From NCBI GenBank assembly GCA_046563655.1, contig CM102287.1, positions 7,812,001 through 7,876,000 of the forward strand: DNA of 64,000 nucleotides. The letters run 5' to 3'. Below the pieces are notes generated by a model. The model saw only the letters and a list, made by a program, of their open reading frames with translations, was not told the DNA's origin and ran no database searches. The stretch is from Yuukianura sp. NJ FZ-2021. Taxonomy: Eukaryota. Shown here piece by piece: positions 55,084 through 64,000 of this stretch. Numbering within the stretch: position 1 is the first letter of the stretch; each line of letters starts with the position of its first letter. A program made the translations under genes and the position numbers.

Positions 55084-56371
55084 TGTTAGCGTTAGCTCGG
55101 AAAAACTACTTTGAAGTTACAACTTTAAGAAGATGCCGCTGCCGCTACAATGAAACTGCTATTTCAACCACTCCAGAAACACTGAAGATCTGCTAATCCT
55201 GAACGCGTGGGGTGTCTAAAGTGGCATCACGCAAAGAAGCTTATTTGCAACTCACAAATCATAACGGTTGTTACAATTGTCTGTTGTTGGTAACACTAAC
55301 AGTGCAAAAAATGCACTTCTCGCCTCTCAAGTAGGAGCTCAAGCACTTTCCGGTAGGGCTGGAATGGAACAAGCTTTTAACACTTTCGACTTATCGAAAG
55401 TATAAAGATGAGCGATGCTCTTTTCGGTGTCAAAATGTCTTATCAACTTCTAATTGCATATTTCGTCATCCCCTGACGACGCTTGCGGGAGACTTTCATG
55501 TGCATAATATGCTACGTCTAGAGATTCCGTATTTAGAATCAGAATTAGACTTGCACTTGAGGTGTCATGTCAATGTCAGTGTGTCAACACTTAAGAAAAC
55601 TCTGGATCTGTGGTCTCTGGAGTGCTAAATTGGACTGGAACATGAACTGTCGAGATGATTTGGTAAACTAAAGTAGTTTGTCACTTATCACTTTAACAAG
55701 GAACTCATTAAATTCTGTTTGAGTAATTATGGACTAAATGATTTCAAGTAAACAGCACCACCAAGTATACGGAAAAATACTTGCCTACAAGTTTCTTTCC
55801 ACAACCTAAGCTTAACGATTTGTTTAAAAGTAATTTTCAATTAGTATTAGTGTTAGGTTAGTATTAGCACCATCACCAAACTACGACTGCGCAACAACAC
55901 GAGTTCTCAGTAAACTGTGCACCTTAATTTGTTTAAATGCTAATTAAAATTTGCAATTGTTTACCAAATTGCGAAAAATACATTTCGTAAACACAAGGCA
56001 CTTTTTATACACACAGAAAGAGAAGCAGGTTTGTTGTGAAATGGATTTTGGCACAAGAAAAAGAGCAGCGTGGTGATATGCGTAAAACGGAGACTAAAAA
56101 AACCGAAAGTTTTGTGTAGGATGATGCAATTCCCGCTTTTCGGTTTCGCTTCCGGGTTTTGCAGAAGCCAAAATCGTGAGACATGCTGTGACGCTGACGA
56201 CGCTTTTATTACTAAACGCGTGACGCTTCCAGGAAATTTTCTTGTTCACATGGGGTTTCCCTACTGGAAACAATAAAGTAAACACCAAATGGACCAATAG
56301 CGATTCAACATTTTTCCAAATTAGAAAAAAGAAGATTATGAATTTGTTTTTGACTGCAACTGATTTTTGCA

Positions 56372-57585
56372 ATGTATTTTTACGTTTCTTTTGATATCGT
56401 TTTCTTTGCACTGCTTTTAGCAGCCAGGACATGTTTGGCCCAGCTTGTTTGTCCCAAGGGCACAACACTTCAAAATTCGAAATGCCGAATTCTGGCTCTA
56501 CATGATTGTGACCTCATCAGAAACTACTTTTCGCTGCCCTGCGTAAAATATGCGAAGTGTGTAAGTTATAACAGTGAACCTGATGCCGAGAAAGGATTTT
56601 GTAAATGCGACGTAGAAACGTTTGGCTATGGGAGGTCAATCTGTCCACGGCCTTCTACGTTGAATCCTGGTGATGAAATTACTGATCCTCCGCAGTACGA
56701 TTATCCTGGCACGGACGGTAACTAATGAAAACGTTTTTTGAACGTTTTTCAATGAATTTTGTTAATTTTATTAAATCTTAACTTGGTTTTACAGGTACAG
56801 AGCCAGAGAACCCGAAGCATCCAGTGTCGCGAGTTCCTTGTCCAAGTAGTACTACGACGGAAACAGGAGAATTAATAGACCCTGGACAAACGACAAAACC
56901 AGGACAAACGACGAAACCAAGACAAACGACGAAACCAGGACAAACGACGAAACCAAAACAACCACGAACAGGAGGTGGCGGACACCATACCCACCGCAAC
57001 GAAATGCACGAACATCTTATCGAAATGGCTGTTCACCGGGGATCTGCATATGGAGAACACTGTAACATTAAGGACAATGCCAAATTTCGGGAAATCGCTG
57101 AGTACTTCTCCGACGCCAACAAATTCCATCGAGACATCAGTTCTGACGAGCTGAATAACTTAACTGGAGTTTTGCACTATCTTCGGGCAAAAGGAAACCA
57201 TTTCTGTGACATCCAGAAGCATCTGATGTGTTCCAGTTTGTCTTCAACTTGTCAATGTCTCCATGACCTCTACCCAGATAGTGACAACGAATGTCGCATT
57301 CCGGAACGGAGAGTGTGTGACCCTAATGCTACCAATTGGATGCCGAGAGATTTGGCCACCGAATTCATCTTGCCGTCACCACAGTGTGTCCAAGGCTCCG
57401 GTTGTACTTCGAATTCTACTTCGAGGGTATCCAAGTGTACCAAAGGCACAGGACTATCCGTTCGCAGGAGCTTGAAAGCCGGTCATAGTTCGGCATCGGC
57501 TATCGTTGCTGTAATGTTTTCTAATGCTCTGTGGCTTTTCCTATCACGCTTCACGTTATCAATTTCGTTGTACCTTTATGCTTGA
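56372..57585 (+). CDS. Secreted, probably GPI-anchored Cys-rich protein with PGQTTK repeats (uncharacterised)
   Basis: Signal-peptide-like start; two exons 56372-56717 and 56795-57585 (phase 1); two Cys-rich regions flanking a Pro/Thr linker; ends with small residues followed by a hydrophobic tail. Confidence 0.8.
56881..56960 (+). repeat. Coding 18-bp tandem repeat x4 (P[G/R]QTTK)
   Basis: CCAGGACAAACGACGAAA-like unit repeated four times. Confidence 0.9.
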
Positions 57586-57917
57586 ATTTCTGGAGCATAC
57601 CGCGAAGTATCATTTTATGATGATAAATTTTATTAAAGTATCAATCAATGCATTAAAAAAAGTAATTGATTTCAACTAATAAATCAAGGAGTGTGATAGA
57701 ATGTGTCGTACAAAGACAAAGAATGAGAAAGCATCCGCGCCATTAGCATAAATTTTTATTTGAATTTGCCGTCACGGTAAACCATCAGCTCAACACGATT
57801 TCTAGGAAGCGGCGATTTTAATTTACAGAAGTTTTAACTTGTCAAAAATTCGAAACAGCGAGAACGGTTTTTCATTTCCTATGTAATTTTCCAATTTTCT
57901 TTCGCTTCAAATATACT

Positions 57918-57930
57918 TGACCTTTGACCT
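57918..57930. promoter_or_regulatory. Perfect DR1 element (TGACCTTTGACCT)
   Basis: Exact match upstream of the 58906 secreted-protein gene. Function is inferred. Confidence 0.45.
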
Positions 57931-58905
57931 GGGAAGTCACGATTTGTGTTTTATTTTTTGCCTGATCTTGCTTGTATGCTGGAGGTGGAACTTGAAGTTT
58001 AACTGTTCGGTGAATTGACGTGAAGACTTTATTTGAATTATTAGGTTAATTTTTTTTCGTTGTTTTTAATCTAATCGACATCAGTGTCCGTCCATCCATT
58101 TCACTGTTCACGTTTGTTTTTGCAGGATGATAAAGCTGATAGATGCGACGGTGACCTTCTCCTGGTGCAAACTTTTCGTTGTCTCGTCGTCTGCGTCAAC
58201 AAAACCACAACAATAATTTCTCAGCAGCGACAACTTGTCGCTGGCAAGTACCAGCAGTGACAGCGTTTCTTCAAGCATTCAATAAGGAAGAAAGGTAACC
58301 TTATTATAACCGCGATTTAGCAATTTCTATACAAATTATTATTGACATTGACATTACGAAACATCATTATTTCCTAGAAGTGTTCATGCTGTCGATTGTC
58401 TTTGGATTCATCGGCAGTCTTCTTATGGTTGCTGCTGCCAACTTATCCAGAACTACCGCTTACACCATTGGAAACTAAAAAGCTACAAAGTAATCCTCGT
58501 GAATAAGTAGAAACTAAACCAGAATGCATGACGCTGCTAATAATAATTTATTGTGTGTTTTCAGTATGCAGGGGCATATCTGCCAAACTTAACTTAACTT
58601 CCCATTAACACAATTTATCTCTTACAGCCAGGCACAAGGGCCTTCTGTCGCATATTGTGTGGCTTGGATTAAACCACAGTTGTCAAGTTAATCACCACCA
58701 CACATTAGAAAACAATTAATACATCCATGGCACGAACCCAAAGGACTTGAGGCCAGAGTACCTGCCTGCCCCAGTTGTCGCTCATCATAAACAGAGTTGT
58801 CACAGCCAAAAGTTTCATTTTCATTGACATTCTAATAAGCCAAAACAAGCGGTTTTGGTAGTTTCAACTAATTTTTGGTGTTTGTTTATGAATTGCAGCT
58901 CTGCA

Positions 58906-59484
58906 ATGAATTCCCTGGTGCTTGTGGTTGTGTTTATCATCTTACTGCTCCAGAATTTCCTGAACGCTGACGCTCACTTCTTTCGGTTCTGTTTGAATCA
59001 TGAAGATTGTATTTTCTACAATGAGACGCTAGGAAGTACGTCACCGTTCAATGACCCCTCAATAAGTTTGGCATGCGACGTCGACCACGTCAGTGGAATT
59101 GGAACATGCGCGTGTCGCTCAGCCGTTTTCGTCGGGGACCAACCAGAGTGGGCCCTTGAATGGACTGATGAGTGCAAAATTGACGGAGATGCGTCTAATG
59201 CCTCCAACAAATGTCGCTGTGCGATTGGACCGAATGGACTTTGTGGAGTTAACAATGGACTACAACTTCATTGTTCTGCGGGATTCGAATGTCTGGAAGG
59301 TCGATGTCGACAAGCCGAAGATCTCCACAAAATTCCTCAAGGTTCCCTGTGTCATGACACTATCGAGTGTCAACACGGACTGTCGTGCCAAATGACCAAA
59401 TGGAACTACTTTTACAGTGAATCCAAATGTCTTCCGACGAACAGTTCTTCCGTGGTTAACGCTTCTGACCATTCCGTGTTTTAA
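58906..59484 (+). CDS. Small secreted Cys-rich protein (uncharacterised)
   Basis: Signal peptide MNSLVLVVVFIILLLQNFLNADA; many Cys including CAC and CRC; single coding exon preceded by a TGCAG acceptor near 58898. Confidence 0.82.
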   Translation: MNSLVLVVVFIILLLQNFLNADAHFFRFCLNHEDCIFYNETLGSTSPFNDPSISLACDVDHVSGIGTCACRSAVFVGDQPEWALEWTDECKIDGDASNASNKCRCAIGPNGLCGVNNGLQLHCSAGFECLEGRCRQAEDLHKIPQGSLCHDTIECQHGLSCQMTKWNYFYSESKCLPTNSSSVVNASDHSVF

Positions 59485-59780
59485 AGTTTCGAAATTACGA
59501 AATTTTGGCACTTTCAATGTCAACTTCTTTATATTCTTGATGATCTCGTCACAAAGAAATAATTCTTTACTGTTTCTTTTTACAAACCTTGAACATTGAA
59601 TGATTTCGACATTCCAGTGTTTTTGGAAGTGTCGTAAACAGCCTGAATCAATTAAAAACGTTAATCAAGAAGACAAAAGGACATTGTGTTAATGTTGTAA
59701 AGTGAAATTGTGTCCGGAACCATTTAATAACTCAAAAGCCCTAACTTTCACTTCTTCTTCAGTTCGTTCCTTCTGTAAAG

Positions 59781-62308
59781 ATGCGTGGATCCATATTTCC
59801 ATGTTTACTAATTTTAATTACATTTTATCCGTTTCCATCTAGAACTACTGCAGGATGGCTACGGTTTTGTGCAAGTGGAGCAACGTTTCGAGCTTCTGCA
59901 GTCGACTGTACCGGTGGCTATTGGCTCAAGAAAACTGCTACTCCACAGTGCGTCTGCGCTCATGGCATGTAAGTCTGCATTTTCTTCACAAATTTTGAAT
60001 TTCTCACGAATTTCCACAAATTTTCAAAATTCTGATTAATTCTGGAGCGTTTTCGAATGTTTGACCTTGACACCAATTTTTTTCAACTCATGTCAACAGA
60101 TGGATCCTGTCTAAAGGATATTGTGACCCCAATTTCGCAATTGTCGTAGGCGTTGAAGGTACATGCTTTGCATTCAGCACTGAGGTGAGTCGCTAATCAA
60201 AATCCAACGTTATTTGCTGATTGATGCTCAGATTAATCTATGAAAGTTAAGCTAAAAGTTTACTTTGTCACATTAGGTTCGATGGATTCGTATGGTTGGA
60301 ATACCGGATAATCCATTTGCTCCGTACTACTTCATTTCAAATAAAGGTTTTGATAAAGTTGAAGCCGTCGCTTCGTCAGCCACCAGCAAACAACTAACTG
60401 GAAGATCAATATATGCTGCAGCAATCAATCCCTCCAGATCACTTCAAAGTACAGATGGAACTGTGTGTCTAAAGCCAAAACGTGTAGAACTGTCGCTAGG
60501 CAACGGAAGTCAATCTATGAATGATATTTCGGAAGACGCAGTTCGTGAAGTACGTCCAGACGGATTTAGTTTTGGTCCTATCGAAGCTGAGGAAAAGTCA
60601 TGGTCATTTCAACAATTGTCAGTATGTGAACCACATGCCAATGAATTCGCATACGTTTATGGAGTCAAGCCGAACCAATTTTACCATAGTAAGAAAATCG
60701 AGAAAGTTTTTTTGAAATGGTTTTGTAAAACAATGTTCAATGCCAAAGTTTTTGAATTTTTTCAGACAATGAGCTAGTCAATTCCAGTGCCATTCCGAAT
60801 ACCTGTAACACTACATGTATTGCCGATAATGAGCCGATTCCGGGTGACGATGATGATTTGACTACAGAAAAACCGGGTAACGGAACAGTAGATGATGGTG
60901 ATGAACCGTCGGATGAAGTTGAGCGTCCAGAAGCTGAATTTGAAAAGCCCTGTGTTGCTTGGGATCCAAAATGGAATGCAATTCCGAATAGAACTGAAAT
61001 GGAAATAAGGGAACAGTCGAAGCGATTGGCCATAACTCAAATTAATTACTCGTTGTTCAAACATACAGCGCCGGTAGTGAACTTAACTGAATACAAGATG
61101 TTTCAAAAGGCACGCCGAGTCATGGAAAAAGTTTGTCCGAAAGATGAAGTACCACCGCTGTTTTTACGCGGTGTTTTACGAATGTTCCGGCATGCTTTGA
61201 ACGAAAGTCATGAAAGTTATCCATATCGAACGACTGGAGATGAACTGGAAACTACGAGAATCATGGATGCGCTGACGAAATGTTACGAAGATCCACAAAC
61301 TCAACCGATGAAGTTCATTTACAACGAAACTGTGTGTCCCAAGAAGGTATTCCAGTAAAGAACAAAAATTTTCAAAATTTTAAAAACCATGTTGTATTTT
61401 TGGAATTTTGCAGTTTTCGGTGGTTGTCGTAGTTGGAGCGGATCAGAAGCCGAAAAAAGTTGCCAGTGCTACGGCTTGTTTGGACAGATTCAACTACACT
61501 GGGCTGGATTACATTGTTGAGGTGGCTTGGAAAGTTGTGCTCTTCTCACACTACTTTTGTGCACGCCACTTCAATTCAACCAGTTACGATCACAGTCGGT
61601 TCATGGAAAAATTATCACTGTTCTTCAATAGAGAAATTCAACATCGCTGGTACGTCTGAACACAACATTCGGCAAAAAATTTGGCGATTTTTTAAAATAT
61701 GAATTTAGTTGAGATAACGTTTAACTATCGTCATTGTAGCCGTTGCCACTTTGGTGGTACAATATGTGGCTACGCTGTACGGCTACATATGTTGCGACAT
61801 TAGGGTGGCTTTGGTTAGGTTACAGTGGCTACAAATGTTGCCATGAATTTTGTTTTACCTTAGGTTTCATCCAGGAAAATCGTTGGATGTAATGAACTAC
61901 GTTTTTCGGACGTATGACCTTCAAAAAATTGCTTTCGGACTCGATCGATGTGTTGGAGCCGCTCGATCCTCTTCACCTTACCGGAAATGGGTTTTGCGAC
62001 CGAAATTTGAGCAATATTGTTGGGCAGACAATGAGTAAGTATGATGAAAAGCAACTAAAACTTTGTATTTTTTACTTTTATTGCCTACTGATTAATTAAT
62101 ATTTGTTCTTAGCTACAATGGAAATGATCCAGCCAATAATAAGAATGCGAATTCATCGTTGACCCCTTACCTTCAAACTACTGTAACTTGGGAAGGAACT
62201 GCTTACTGTCTCAATAGTTGGAAGGATCCCATTACAATTATGTCCGGGTACAAAGCAGATGCAAAGAGCGCGTGTGACAAAGAAGGAAGTGCTAACATTT
62301 TTGTCTGA
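59781..62308 (+). CDS. Secreted protein of unknown family, 7 exons
   Basis: Signal peptide; phase-compatible GT-AG exons 59781-59968, 60100-60184, 60277-60688, 60766-61346, 61414-61649, 61864-62034, 62113-62308 give one open frame ending ...CDKEGSANIFV*. Confidence 0.8.
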
Positions 62309-62439
62309 TTTTTTAAAAATTGTCATAATTTCACATTTTTCAATTTAAGTTTTCAACCACTCAGTTTTTATTGTAAGCCAATTCGCATAGTCTATAAATT
62401 AACCTTTTGTTAGTTTAGTATACAGTTTGTGCATGTACT

Positions 62440-63180
62440 TCATCCTTGAACTTGGTTGATCATAAGTGGAGGCGGGGCAAGGTGGGGTAAAAATCCGGCC
62501 TGTTGCATTTGAAATGTACGTAGCGGTGGAATTTGTGGTGGAGCAGCCACCGGTGGAGCCTGTCTTGGCTGGTCTTCATGTGCTGCCGTTCCGGCCATTT
62601 CAACATGAACGGTCATAGGTTGCACTTCTTCGTCAGCTTCATCCGACTTGGCGACATTCACCTCGGAAGATGCTGGGTGTAGCGCATGCGTAGCAGGATG
62701 GACGTCAAAAAGTTCGTCAAAAGCTGTTGACTTGTTGACGCCCGGCTCTCCATCAATTTGAGTCCGTTCCTCAATGTGACCTTGGTAGTGAATTTTGGGG
62801 TTCGAATTTTCCAGTTCTTTTGATTTGGCTGACCTCGGATCCTCTGTTTGAGTTACGAAAAGCAAAACGAGCTTATCAGCGTCTTCTCCATCCGTTTCAG
62901 GTTCAGCTTCGGCTGGAATCGGTGCTGGATGACCTTGAGTTGGAACTGGAGGTGCCCCGTGTACTTGGGCTTCAATTTTTTGAAAATTTGTTTGTTGAGC
63001 AAAGTTTTGCATTTTGACAAAATCTGGAATTGGCTGGAACAAACTTCCAGGAGGAAATTGACCAGGTTGCTGACCGCCATTTCTGCCAAACTGTCCAGCA
63101 ATTTCTGGGAGGGCGCTGGAAATTGGAAATTCGAAACTCACTATTCCTAAAATCACCACTGACAGTATTGCTGGACTCAT
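62440..63180 (-). CDS. Single-exon secreted Pro/Gln/Glu-rich, largely disordered protein (uncharacterised)
   Basis: 246-aa ORF with signal peptide MSPAILSVVILGIVSFEFPISSA; no Cys; minus-strand AATAAA at 62372-62367. Confidence 0.8.
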   Translation of the reverse strand: MSPAILSVVILGIVSFEFPISSALPEIAGQFGRNGGQQPGQFPPGSLFQPIPDFVKMQNFAQQTNFQKIEAQVHGAPPVPTQGHPAPIPAEAEPETDGEDADKLVLLFVTQTEDPRSAKSKELENSNPKIHYQGHIEERTQIDGEPGVNKSTAFDELFDVHPATHALHPASSEVNVAKSDEADEEVQPMTVHVEMAGTAAHEDQPRQAPPVAAPPQIPPLRTFQMQQAGFLPHLAPPPLMINQVQG

Positions 63181-63493
63181 TTTCTCACTTGAAAGCCACT
63201 AGAATGAGAACGCTACTAGAATAAGTCTAGTTCTTTTCAGGCCAACGAGCTACAGATTTTAATTGCTGTCATTAATTTTGTTTACATTTCAATTCGTAAC
63301 AAAGACAATTAATCTTAAACAAAACTGTTCAATTGGATAACAAATGCCAACACTCAGAAACCATCAAACTTTTATTGAAAATTGACGAAAATCGCCTCCA
63401 GCTTTCTCCAAACTTTTTTTTACACCATTTGCTGCTAATTTTTGCTAAATTATGATCAATTTTTGAACTTTCTCGGGCACTAGATATTGAACT

Positions 63494-63944
63494 TTAGTTG
63501 TAGAGATCATCCGTATCCTCTTCGGAGATTTGGGCTTGCGGAACGTAGGAGTCGCCAGCGCCGTCTTCCCCAGTTTTTTCGTTTTGTGTGACCTTCTTAA
63601 CGATTGGTGCGACGTCACAAAAGAGTTTCACGTTAAGAATTTGTTCAACTTTTTGGAGAACAACAGCGTTCAGTTTGAAATCGGGACAGTCACGAGCACT
63701 AATTTCACGAAGATTCTTAAAAACTGAAGTGTCTCCAAGTCGGCGATTGTCCGCCGCGGTGCCGATGCCAAAGAAAGACACCTTCCAAAATAAAAATAGT
63801 CAGAGGTCAAAATTTTCAATGCTAAGCGTAGTTTCACCTGAGTTTCATTGATCCACAATACTTGGAGATTTGGTATGTACAGCAAATGACCTAGCAAGGT
63901 ATCGTCCCCAATCAGCGTTTGCGACAAGTTCAAAAACACCAGGC
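63494..63944 (-). CDS. 3' end of a leucine-rich-repeat protein (upstream exons outside window)
   Basis: Exons 63944-63838 and 63781-63494 join in frame: LVFLNLSQTLIGDDTL..PNLQVLWINETQVS..KNLREISARDCP, an LxxLxL pattern resembling F-box/RNI-like LRRs. Confidence 0.65.
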
Positions 63945-64000
63945 CTGAAAGCACCAAAAAAATCGGCTGAAATAAAATTTTCTGGGTTTTGGAACTGTCG

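Noticed and set aside
61735..61842. GGCTAC-rich patch in an intron
   Set aside because: Possibly a decayed repeat, but I could not define TIRs, a TSD or a regular unit.

Overview
This is intron-rich, AT-rich eukaryotic DNA, most likely from an arthropod/pancrustacean; the taxon is inferred from protein style and the 55-100 nt introns. There are no prokaryotic features. In order, the window holds: the 3' part of osa/ARID1 (+); a ~24 kb ADAMTS9/GON-1-type metalloprotease (+) with two ~7 kb introns; and a compact block of six strand-alternating genes (BTB-C2H2 zinc finger +, DEGS1/ifc -, UFC1 +, COG1 -, DHHC palmitoyltransferase +, LAT-type SLC7 transporter -). These are followed by four apparently lineage-specific secreted proteins and the 3' end of an LRR gene (-). 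Gene models were built by hand from GT-AG junctions and reading frame. I found no system I can show to be new. The best leads are a helix-dense ~400 nt island in a 5'-UTR intron of the BTB-ZF gene, a pre-miRNA-like hairpin behind the DHHC gene, four perfect DR1 nuclear-receptor elements, a palindromic bidirectional poly(A) signal, alternative DHHC C-termini and the orphan secreted-protein cluster.
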